Translations under genes and position numbers: made by a program | Source of the DNA: an uncultured Candidatus Binatia bacterium | GTDB taxonomy: Bacteria; Desulfobacterota; Binatia; HRBIN30; JACQVA1 | Length of the DNA stretch: 64,000 bases | Reading direction: 5' to 3' | Assembly (NCBI GenBank): GCA_964648215.1 | Contig: CAZYMF010000004.1 | Span: 7,827-71,826 of the forward strand | In this document: positions 1 to 7,904 of the stretch, one piece after another | Numbering within the stretch: the first letter of the stretch is position 1 | Layout of the letters: the number at the start of each line of letters is the position of its first letter | The notes under the pieces: model-generated | The model's input: the letters and a program-made list of their open reading frames with translations, nothing else | Databases searched by the model: none | Told to the model about the DNA's origin: nothing

Positions 1-1546
1 GCCGCTCGGTGTAGACCATCTGGAACACCTGCAGCTTGCTGTGATCGGGATCGAACGCCACCGACTCCGGCGCGGGCTCCTGCGGCGGGCCGGCGAAGCG
101 CCGGTACCAGGTCGCGTCCTTGGGCCCGGCGGTCTCCGTCATCCAGTGGCGGCCGAACTCCTTGTAGCCGGTGCCCGGGCGGGCGGTGTGGTTGTCGCTC
201 GAGGCGATGAAGCCGAGGTGGAAGCGCTGCGGCGCGGCCGGGTTGTCGAAGTTGCTGATGGCCAGGATGTACTGCGCCGAGTTGCCCGGTCGCAGGTTGA
301 ACGAGGGCAGGAAGCAGTCGCGGCACTGGCCGCAGTCCTTCCAGTCCTCGACCGTGGCGCCGGGCACCGTCAGATGGCCGGCGACGCCGGCGGCGAGGTA
401 GTTGGCCTGCGCCTCGCGCACGCGCTGGTCGCACTCCGCGGCGGGGATGTCGCCGCAGCGCGAGCGAATGATCTCGCCGGCGCGCCAGCAGCAGGGCTCG
501 AAGTCCTTGGTCGGCTCGGGGCAGACGGCGTTGCCGTCGGCGTCCCACTTCACCGCGCGCCAGTCGCGGTACTCCTCCGAGTTGCCGTGGCCGGAGTAGA
601 TCTCGATGAGGATCTGCTTCTGCGGATCGTTCTGCGCCGCCGTGAGCTGCTTGTCGAAGGTGGTGCCGGGGGGGGTGTAGAAACCCCAGGTGGTGCCGTG
701 CGGGATGACGATGGTGTCGAAGCCCCACTGGGACAGCTTCTCGTAGAGCTCCTGAGGCGTGTTGGCGGACTCGCTGCAATCGATCGGCAGCTTGCGCGTG
801 TCGACGCCCTTCGGGCATACGGGCGTGTCGCGCAGCTCCCGGGTGTAGACGCCGAAGTCGAGATAGCGCTGGCGGTGGGCGAAGTCGAGCAGCGGGAACT
901 CGATGCGCTGCCACAGCGGCGGCGGCGTGCGCAGCGCGCCGATCAGCCGCATGTTGAGAGCGCTGATCGGCCGCTTGGGCACCTTGTCCTCGGCGGTGTC
1001 GAGGAAGATCACGTTCTTGTGGCCGTAGTGATCCTTCGGCGTCTGGCCCACCTGGGTCCACTCCCAGCCGAGGAAGGCGACGATGTCGGGGTTCTTGGGG
1101 TCGCCGGCGACGGCGTTGCACTGGCGGATGGTCTCCTTGGTTTCCTGCCAGTGGCGCGGCGTGACCGCCTCGGCGTGATCGTTGATGCTCCAGAAGTCGA
1201 GGCCGGAGCAGAAGCGGGCGAAGTCGCAGGCGTCGGCGGGGGGATGCGCCCCTTCACCTTGCAGCATCGGCAGGCTGCGCAAGAAGGCGTCGGCGGAGAA
1301 GGTGGTGTGCACGTGGAGATCGCCGAAGAGGATCTGCTCGGTGGCGCCGGTCTCGGCGGTGGCGCCGAGATGCGCGACCGCCTGCTTCTGCCGCTCGCCG
1401 CGCGCGGCCACGGCGGCTGCGGGCACGGGCGAGCGTGTCACCACGCCCGGGCCTTCGTGGCGCCCGCCGCGCAGCGCCAGCAGCAGCGCCACCGGGACCA
1501 GGATCACCACGGCGAGCACGAACAGAACGACACGTTTGACGGTCAT
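1..1546 (-). CDS. DUF3604-type (PHP-like metal-dependent) exported protein; its C-terminal part lies beyond the left window edge
   Basis: Absent from the supplied ORF track because it runs off the edge. Hand translation of the minus strand from ATG 1546-1544 gives MTVKRVVLFVLAVVILVPVALLLAL (signal/TM) ... QILFGDLHVHTTFSADAF ... DFWSINDHAE ... VIPHGTTWGFY ... IASSDNHTARPGTGY. I associate this His/Asp metal-ligand pattern with DUF3604/PHP-fold proteins. The + strand ORF 41..1630 is an R/G/A-rich shadow. Confidence 0.75.
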   Translation of the reverse strand, partial: MTVKRVVLFVLAVVILVPVALLLALRGGRHEGPGVVTRSPVPAAAVAARGERQKQAVAHLGATAETGATEQILFGDLHVHTTFSADAFLRSLPMLQGEGAHPPADACDFARFCSGLDFWSINDHAEAVTPRHWQETKETIRQCNAVAGDPKNPDIVAFLGWEWTQVGQTPKDHYGHKNVIFLDTAEDKVPKRPISALNMRLIGALRTPPPLWQRIEFPLLDFAHRQRYLDFGVYTRELRDTPVCPKGVDTRKLPIDCSESANTPQELYEKLSQWGFDTIVIPHGTTWGFYTPPGTTFDKQLTAAQNDPQKQILIEIYSGHGNSEEYRDWRAVKWDADGNAVCPEPTKDFEPCCWRAGEIIRSRCGDIPAAECDQRVREAQANYLAAGVAGHLTVPGATVEDWKDCGQCRDCFLPSFNLRPGNSAQYILAISNFDNPAAPQRFHLGFIASSDNHTARPGTGYKEFGRHWMTETAGPKDATWYRRFAGPPQEPAPESVAFDPDHSKLQVFQMVYTER

Positions 1547-1610
1547 CGATCCCCCCCTTCGCGTGCGGCGCAGCATGCAACATTCGTATTTGCACTGTCA
1601 ATGCAAGGAA

Positions 1611-1642
1611 GTGAGTCACTGAATCAGTGAATCACTGAGTCA
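1611..1642. repeat. Tandem 8-bp repeat array A (4 units, consensus STGARTCA)
   Basis: Read directly: GTGAGTCA CTGAATCA GTGAATCA CTGAGTCA. Intergenic, upstream of the DUF3604 gene start. Confidence 0.9.
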
Positions 1643-1734
1643 TTGCCTCGGAGAAATGAGCCCAAAGGCAGATCTACAGTAGGATGACTCCCAAACGTGG
1701 GTGGCACCGGGCTCCGTCCGGTGCTCCGACACTC

Positions 1735-1774
1735 CGAATCACTGATTCAGTGATTCAGTGATTCAGTGATTCAG
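1735..1774. repeat. Tandem 8-bp repeat array B (5 units), inverted relative to array A
   Basis: Read directly: CGAATCAC TGATTCAG TGATTCAG TGATTCAG TGATTCAG, the reverse complement of CTGAATCA. The ampG-like stop codon (1765-1763) lies inside the array. Confidence 0.9.
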
Positions 1775-2953
1775 TTCTTCTTCGTGGATCCACCCCTTCA
1801 CCCACGGCAGCAGGCCGAAGGCGGGGAGGGCGAGCAGGAAGGTGAGCGCGAAGTAGTTGCCGTAGCCGAGGCGCGCGGCGCCCCAGCCGCTGACGCCGCC
1901 GGCCAGCGAGCGGGTGAAGCCGAAGATCGCCGACAGCAGCGCGTACTCGGTGGCCGCCTGGCGCTTGTCGCAGATGTGCATGAGGAAGGCGAGGAAGGCG
2001 GCGGTGCCGAGGCCGCCGGTGAAGCTCTCCAGCAGCGAGGCGCTGTAGATGCCGATCCGGCCGGCGTCGGCGTAGGCGACGGCGGCGTAGCCGAGGTTGG
2101 AGCAGGCCTGCAGCAGGCCGAGGGCCCACAGGCCGCGAAAGATGCCCCAACGCGTGGTCAGCACGCCGCCGGCAAGCGCGCCGGCGATGCTGGCGAGGAC
2201 GCCGAAGGTGGTCGACACCAGGCCGATCTCCGCCACCGTCAGGCCGCGGTCGACCCAGAACGGCTTGACCATCGGCCCCATGCTGCTGTCGCCGAGCTTG
2301 TAGGTGAGGACGAAGAGAAAGATCAGCGGTGCTCCCGGGCGCTGCAGCCAGGCGAGCAGCGGGGCGAACCAGCTACCTTGGGCCGATTCGCCTTGAAAGG
2401 CCGGCCGCGGGCTGCGCCAGGCGGCGGCGGCGAGCAGGGCGCAGATGGCGGCCGCCACCCAGAAGACCACCCGCCAGCCGAGCGTCCCGGCCAGAATCAC
2501 CAGGCCGCCGCCGCCGAGGATCAGCGCCACCCGGTAGGCGGAGACACGCACACCGTTGGCGACGCCTTCCTCGCCGGGCGCCAGCAGGCCGATGGTGTAG
2601 GCGTCGATGGCGATGTCCTGCGTCGCCGAGGCGGTGGTCAGGGCGAGCAGCAGCGCCCACAGCCAGAACGTCGGCCGGCCGGGATCGAGCAGCGGTAGCA
2701 CCACCAGCAGCGCGGACATCGACAGCAGCGCCGCCGTGATCCAGTGGCGCCGCTCGCCGAAGCGGTCGACCAGCGGCGCCCACAGCACCTTCAGCGTCCA
2801 CGGCAGGCCGAGCAGGCTGAGCAGCCCGATGTCGACCAGCGACACGCCGTGAACGCGGAAGTAGACGGGCAGGTTGTCGACCGCGATGCCGAAGGGGAAC
2901 CCCTCGGCGAAGTAGAGAACCGAGACCCAAAAGAGCTTCCGCCGTAGCTCCAT
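1763..2953 (-). CDS. ampG: AmpG-family MFS muropeptide permease
   Basis: 396-aa ORF with multiple TM segments. The N-terminus LYFAEGFPFGIAVDNLPVYFRVHGVSLVDIGLLSLLGLPWTLKVLWAPLVDRFG matches the conserved AmpG signature as I know it. Confidence 0.85.
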   Translation of the reverse strand: MELRRKLFWVSVLYFAEGFPFGIAVDNLPVYFRVHGVSLVDIGLLSLLGLPWTLKVLWAPLVDRFGERRHWITAALLSMSALLVVLPLLDPGRPTFWLWALLLALTTASATQDIAIDAYTIGLLAPGEEGVANGVRVSAYRVALILGGGGLVILAGTLGWRVVFWVAAAICALLAAAAWRSPRPAFQGESAQGSWFAPLLAWLQRPGAPLIFLFVLTYKLGDSSMGPMVKPFWVDRGLTVAEIGLVSTTFGVLASIAGALAGGVLTTRWGIFRGLWALGLLQACSNLGYAAVAYADAGRIGIYSASLLESFTGGLGTAAFLAFLMHICDKRQAATEYALLSAIFGFTRSLAGGVSGWGAARLGYGNYFALTFLLALPAFGLLPWVKGWIHEEELNH

Positions 2954-3112
2954 CCACCCCGCCGTCGTCCGGATCGTCGCGCCGCCGACAGTCGCTGGAG
3001 GTTGTCGATAAATGGCTTGCGGGGAAAGCGCAAGCGAATCGGGGCGGGGGATGGGAGACGGGAGAGCGGAAGATGGGCGATGGGAGGGACGGCCTACCGA
3101 CCGCTTCTCGGG

Positions 3113-3598
3113 TCAGGGCTCGCGCACTCGTTCGTCGGCGATCAGGCGCACCAGGTCCATCGTGCTGATGATACCGCGCACGCTCTTGCCCTCGGTGACG
3201 ATGACACGGTGGTGGTGCTGGCCGACGAGGAGGGCGGCAACCTCTTTGACGGGGGTGTCCGGAGCCACGGTGGGCGGCTCCGTCACCATGATGTCGCGGA
3301 CGACGCGACCGGCGAGCTCGGCCGGGGACACCGACCTCGTCGCCTTCGGGGCCACCTCTGCCGGGGCGAACTCGTCGAGCTCGACCCCGTCGTTGATCAA
3401 CCCCGCCAGCGCGCGATCCAGGCTCAGGCAGCGGACGAAGTCCGAGCGCGACACGACGCCCACCAGCTCTCCCGCCGTGAGCACCGGCGCGCCCATGATC
3501 CGGCGCGAGATCAACAGGTCGGCGAGGTCGCTGAGCGGCATACTCGGCGGCACGGCGACGATGTGGGGTTGCATCACGTCACGGGCGAGGAGAGTCAT
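3113..3598 (-). CDS. CBS-domain pair protein
   Basis: Two CBS-like modules (ARDVMQPHIVAVPPSMPLSDLADLL...GAPVL..GELVGVVSRSDF and VRDIMVTEPPTVAPDTPVKEVAALLV...HRVIV..SVRGIISTMDLV). I prefer the internal ATG at 3598 (MTLLARDVM) over the track start at 3685. Confidence 0.8.
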   Translation of the reverse strand: MTLLARDVMQPHIVAVPPSMPLSDLADLLISRRIMGAPVLTAGELVGVVSRSDFVRCLSLDRALAGLINDGVELDEFAPAEVAPKATRSVSPAELAGRVVRDIMVTEPPTVAPDTPVKEVAALLVGQHHHRVIVTEGKSVRGIISTMDLVRLIADERVREP

Positions 3599-3729
3599 CG
3601 ATTCACCGGATAGCAGGCGCGTCCGGGCGGAACAACATACCCGCCGACTGGCCCGATGCCCGGCGGTGGTGCTACGAACGGTCACCGGCGGCCGTCGCGG
3701 CCGGCACGGGAGCAGAGGCAGGAGCCGCT

Positions 3730-4521
3730 ATGAAGGAACAGACGTATTACCGCGATCACTGGATCGAGGTCGCGCCCGAGCGCGTCGATGTCTACGAGGA
3801 GATGTTTCGCTGGCGGCCGCAGATGGAGCCGCTGCTCCTGCCCGCCGCTCTCGCCCCGGGGCAGCACGTCGTGGACTATGGCTGCGGCCCGGGGATGCTC
3901 GCCCTCGAGCTGGCGCGCCGGGTCGGCACGGCGGGACACGTCCACGGCGTCGACCTGAACGAGGTCTTCCTCGACCGGGCGCGGCAGCACGCCGCGGCGG
4001 AAGGCTTCGCCGACCGGGTCAGCTTTCATCGCATCGTCGAGGATCGGGTGCCGCTGGCCGACGCCTCGGTGGACCGGGTGATCTGCAAGAACGTGCTGGA
4101 GTACGTCGGCGACGTGACGGCGACGCTGTCCGACTTCCGCCGCGTGCTGCGGCCCGGCGGCCTGGTGCACGCCATCGACAGCGACTGGGGCATGCTCGCC
4201 GTCGAGCCGATCGGTCCCGAGCGTCTGGGCGAGCTCTTCCGGGCCGCCAGCATCGCCTATCGCACGCCGCTGATCGGCCGCAAGCTGTACGGTTTCATGC
4301 GCGCGGCCGGCTTTCGTGAAGTCAAGGTCAAGATCCTGGCGACGGCGGACACGCAGGGCTTCCTCGCCCCGGTGGTCTTGAACATGGCCACCTACGCGCG
4401 CGAGTCCGGCCGCCTCGAGCCGTCCTGGGTGGATGCGCTGCTGGAAGATCTGCAGCGGGCGATGGCCGACGGCACCTACCTGCTGGTGCTGCCGCAGTTT
4501 CTGGTCACGGGCGCCGCCTGA
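3730..4521 (+). CDS. Class I SAM-dependent methyltransferase
   Basis: SAM-binding motif I VVDYGCGPGMLALELARRVG, later DRVICKNVLEYV and LRPGGLV, typical of the Methyltransf_11/25 type. Confidence 0.85.
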   Translation: MKEQTYYRDHWIEVAPERVDVYEEMFRWRPQMEPLLLPAALAPGQHVVDYGCGPGMLALELARRVGTAGHVHGVDLNEVFLDRARQHAAAEGFADRVSFHRIVEDRVPLADASVDRVICKNVLEYVGDVTATLSDFRRVLRPGGLVHAIDSDWGMLAVEPIGPERLGELFRAASIAYRTPLIGRKLYGFMRAAGFREVKVKILATADTQGFLAPVVLNMATYARESGRLEPSWVDALLEDLQRAMADGTYLLVLPQFLVTGAA

Positions 4522-4546
4522 CCGGCGCGAGAGAGAGGAGGAGGCA

Positions 4547-4951
4547 ATGAAGCGGTTGTCGATCCTGATGGTTGTCGTGGGGGTGACGATGATTGCGTTC
4601 CTGCCGTTCGCCTTCTCGGTGTGGCCGGCGGGTTTCCAGTGGGGACACCCGGGAGGGCACCCGGCCTACGAGCGTATGATCGTCGCCATCTACGTGTCGC
4701 TCGGCATCTGCCTGATCCTCGGCGCCCGCGACCCGCTGCGCAACGTGATCATCATCGACTTCACGATCATCTCCAGCCTGCTCCACGGCGGGGTGATGAC
4801 CTACGATGCCATCGCGCAGCATCACGAGCTGACGCACCTCGTCGGCGACGTGCCCTTGCTGTTCGGTCTGGCGGCGCTGTTCCTCTATCTGCATCCGAAA
4901 CGGTTGGCGAAGATGCCGCCGCCCGCCGACGCCGGCTCCGGACCGCTCTGA
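4547..4951 (+). CDS. Small integral membrane protein, unknown function
   Basis: ATG at 4547 preceded by GGAGGAGG. MKRLSILMVVVGVTMIAFLPFAF plus three further hydrophobic segments. No motif recognised. Confidence 0.6.
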   Translation: MKRLSILMVVVGVTMIAFLPFAFSVWPAGFQWGHPGGHPAYERMIVAIYVSLGICLILGARDPLRNVIIIDFTIISSLLHGGVMTYDAIAQHHELTHLVGDVPLLFGLAALFLYLHPKRLAKMPPPADAGSGPL

Positions 4952-5021
4952 CGGTGGGCATGCCGCGCCGGCGCCGTCCGCGGATTGCAGCGTCCGCGGA
5001 TTTCTGCTGACAAGCACGGAG

Positions 5022-7904
5022 ATGGAGAAGCTGGCGCGCTGGGCGCTCGTGCTGCTGGCGATGGCGGTCGTGCTGTGGGTGCGCACGCGGCCGCTCGCCC
5101 TGCCGATCACCGACGATTGGGCCGATCAACTCCTGCGGCGGCAGCTCGCCTACCGTATCGTTCAGGACGATCGGCACCGGGGTCGCGCGGCATCTCCGGC
5201 GCAGGTGGAACGGGAGGTGCAGTCCTGGATCGACGACCATGCCGAGCGCTTCGACGCGCAGCGTGCGGCCGCGTCGGAGAGTCTGCGCTCGCGCCTGCGC
5301 CACGTCGGGCCCGACGGCCGCGAGCACGTATTCCTCGGCGACGTCGACAGCTACCAATGGCTGCGCGCCGCGCGCAATTATCTCGATCACGGCACCACCT
5401 GCGACGCCGTCGTCGACGGCGAGTGCCGCGACACCCTGGCCGACGCGCCGGTGGGCGCGCGCATGATCTACAACCGCTCGCTGCACATTGCCGCCATCGT
5501 CGCCGTGCACGAGGTGATCACCTTCTTCCATCCCGGCTATCCGCTGTCGTCGAGCTCGTTCTGGGTGCCCGTGCTCGTCGGGGTGCTCGGCGTGCTGCCC
5601 GCCTTCGGCCTCGGCTGGCGCCTGGGCGGCAACGCGGGCGGCTTTTGCGCCGCGCTGCTGGTGGGGCTCGACTCGTCGCTGTTGACGCGCAGCATCGGCA
5701 GCGACAACGACGTGTGGAACGTCGTCCTGCCCTTGTTCCTGTTCTGGGCCGCGGTCGAGGCGCTGGCGGCCGGGAACCGGTGGCGTCGGATCGGCTTCGC
5801 CGTTCTCGCCGGCGTGTTCGCCGGCCTGCACGCGGCGACGTGGCGCGGATGGATCTTCGGCTACGTCGTGTTGCTGGCCGGCCTTGCCGGGACGCTGCTG
5901 TTCCACGCTCTGCGCCTGGCGTGGCAGCGGTGGCGTGGCGTTGCCGGGGCGGCAACCGCGGTCCGCGACGTTGCCGTCGTGCTCGCCGTCTTCTACGTCA
6001 GCGCGGGGGTCTTCACCACGCTTGCCGGCGCGCCGCAGTCCTATCTCGACTTGCCGTTGCGCCTGCTGGGTGGCGGCGTCGCCGAGGCCGCCGCGCCGCC
6101 ACCCAGCGCGGTCGACCTGTGGCCGAGCGCGCTGGCCACCGTTGCCGAGCTGGTGACGCCGAATCTGGGCAACATCGCCGATAGCAAGGGAGGCAAGCTC
6201 GCGCTCTTCGGTGCTCTGCTCGGGCTGTTGCTGTTGCTGCAACCGGAGGCGTGGTGGCGCCGACGCGGTCCCTGGCGCGACGCCTACGCGTCTGTCCTGG
6301 TGGCTGGCGTTGCCGCGGACGCGGTGCTGCTGTTCGCGGCGCCGTCGACCCGGTTCGCCGTCCTGGCTCTGGTGGTGGCGCCTTTGCTCGCGACCGTGCT
6401 GCTGCGGCTGGTCGATCCTGACGCAGAGAGCGAGCGCGCCAACGCGGCGCTCCTGATCGCGGTGTGGTTCCTAGCCGCCTTCTCTCTCAGCTTCGGCGCC
6501 GTGCGCTTTCTACTGCTGCTCGGCCCGCCCTTCGGTCTCGTGCTCGGAGGAGCGGCCGGTCGTCTGCAACGAGCGATCGCATCGGGCGCGCGCCGGCCGG
6601 CCGTTGCCGGGGCCGCGGTGCTCGCCGCCACCCTTCCGTTCGTGCTGCCACCCCTCTGGGGCGGCTACCGCGTCGCGCGCGCCTACGTTCCCAAGATCAG
6701 CGATGCCTGGTGGGGCACGCTGACCAACATCCGTGATCACTCGGCGCCCGATGCCATCGTCGATGCGCTGTGGGACTACGGCTACTGGGTGAAGTACGTG
6801 GCGCAGCGCCGCGTCAGCTGCGACGGCGGCACGCTGTCGACGCACGTGCACCACTGGTTCGGTCGCGCGCTGGTGACGCCGAGCGAGACCGAGAGCATCG
6901 GCCTGCTGCGCATGCTCAACTGCGGCTCCGACGCCACGCCGCACCCGGAGGGAGCCGAGGGAGCGTACGGCAAGATCGTCGCCAAGCTGCACGACCCGAT
7001 CGCCGCCGCCGCGCTGGTGACCGAGCTCGCCAGCCTCGACGAGAACGCGGCGCGCGTGGCGCTGGCGGCAAAAGGCTTCACGGCCGCGGAGCAGGCAAAC
7101 GTGCTGCGCTCCACCCACTGCCGGCCGCCGGAGTCGTTTCTGCTTCTCACCACCGAGCAGCTCGCCACGGCGACGACGTGGATGCAGTTCGGCCGCTGGG
7201 ATCTTGCCAAGGCGTACGTGGCGCAGGTGGCGCCTTACACACCGCAGCAAGAGCTGGTGCCGGAGCTGAGGAAACGCTTCGGCTACAGCGAGGAGAAGGC
7301 AACTTCGCTCTACACGCAGGCGCGCCAACTGCGCTCGCGGAAGGAACGCGAGAACTTCGCCGGACCGTCGGCGTGGTATCTGACGACGCAATGGGTACCC
7401 TGCCGCAGCGAGGCCGGCGGCAAGATGGTCTGCCCGCTGGGAATGACGGACAAGCAGACGGGGGACGTCCTCGAGGCCTTCGTCTACGATCCGGCCGCGC
7501 CCGAGCGCAGCCGACTGCGGGTGCGGCACGCGCCCGGCGGCGCTCTCGCCGCCGGCGTCACGGAGGAAACCCCGGCGGCGCTGTTGCTGGCCGACGCCGG
7601 GGGCGAGCGGGGCGTCACCCTGGGGCCGGCGACCGTGGCCCGGTTCGGCGCCCTGGTCGACGTTCCGAATCACCGGGTGCTGGTCGGCAGCCCGTTTCTG
7701 CTGCGCTCCACCTTCGTGCAGTTGATGTATCTCGATGGCCGCTACGCTCACCGCTACCAGAAGTTCGACGAGCGCGTCGCCTACAACGGCGAGCGCATCG
7801 AGGTGTGGCGGGTGAGGTGGGGAGTCACGGATCGGACCGATCGGACCGATCCGACTGATCGGACGGATCGGTCCGATCGGTCCGATGCCCCGCCCCCCGG
7901 CTGA
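5022..7904 (+). CDS. STT3/PglB/AglB-family oligosaccharyltransferase (GT66-like), 960 aa
   Basis: Polytopic N-terminal half followed by a large soluble C-terminal domain. Motifs: GDVDSYQWLRAARNY (first acidic loop motif), RSIGSDNDVWNVVLPLF (second acidic motif), ALWDYGYWVKYVAQRRVSCDGGT (the WWDYG hallmark followed by a DGGK-like element), and a tail STFVQLMYLDGRY resembling the PglB C-terminus as I recall it. Confidence 0.85.
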   Translation: MEKLARWALVLLAMAVVLWVRTRPLALPITDDWADQLLRRQLAYRIVQDDRHRGRAASPAQVEREVQSWIDDHAERFDAQRAAASESLRSRLRHVGPDGREHVFLGDVDSYQWLRAARNYLDHGTTCDAVVDGECRDTLADAPVGARMIYNRSLHIAAIVAVHEVITFFHPGYPLSSSSFWVPVLVGVLGVLPAFGLGWRLGGNAGGFCAALLVGLDSSLLTRSIGSDNDVWNVVLPLFLFWAAVEALAAGNRWRRIGFAVLAGVFAGLHAATWRGWIFGYVVLLAGLAGTLLFHALRLAWQRWRGVAGAATAVRDVAVVLAVFYVSAGVFTTLAGAPQSYLDLPLRLLGGGVAEAAAPPPSAVDLWPSALATVAELVTPNLGNIADSKGGKLALFGALLGLLLLLQPEAWWRRRGPWRDAYASVLVAGVAADAVLLFAAPSTRFAVLALVVAPLLATVLLRLVDPDAESERANAALLIAVWFLAAFSLSFGAVRFLLLLGPPFGLVLGGAAGRLQRAIASGARRPAVAGAAVLAATLPFVLPPLWGGYRVARAYVPKISDAWWGTLTNIRDHSAPDAIVDALWDYGYWVKYVAQRRVSCDGGTLSTHVHHWFGRALVTPSETESIGLLRMLNCGSDATPHPEGAEGAYGKIVAKLHDPIAAAALVTELASLDENAARVALAAKGFTAAEQANVLRSTHCRPPESFLLLTTEQLATATTWMQFGRWDLAKAYVAQVAPYTPQQELVPELRKRFGYSEEKATSLYTQARQLRSRKERENFAGPSAWYLTTQWVPCRSEAGGKMVCPLGMTDKQTGDVLEAFVYDPAAPERSRLRVRHAPGGALAAGVTEETPAALLLADAGGERGVTLGPATVARFGALVDVPNHRVLVGSPFLLRSTFVQLMYLDGRYAHRYQKFDERVAYNGERIEVWRVRWGVTDRTDRTDPTDRTDRSDRSDAPPPG

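Noticed and set aside
41-1630. 529-aa + strand ORF covering the left end of the window
   Set aside because: The composition is dominated by R/G/A/V/L with no recognisable motif. The opposite strand encodes a well-formed DUF3604-type protein with signal peptide and metal-binding motifs, so this is a typical high-GC shadow ORF.
1611-1774. Possible CRISPR array (also considered for 7831..7886 and 55483..55523)
   Set aside because: The units are 8-9 bp and directly tandem, without 25-40 bp spacers, and no cas genes are in the window. These are short tandem repeats, not CRISPRs.
3041-3092. Polypurine tract with GATGGGA-like repeats between the CBS gene end and the ampG start
   Set aside because: The repeats are irregular, I can support no function, and the tract may be simple compositional bias. 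The nearby hairpin GCTTGCG-N7-CGCAAGC (3015-3035) lacks a convincing U-tract, so I do not call a terminator.
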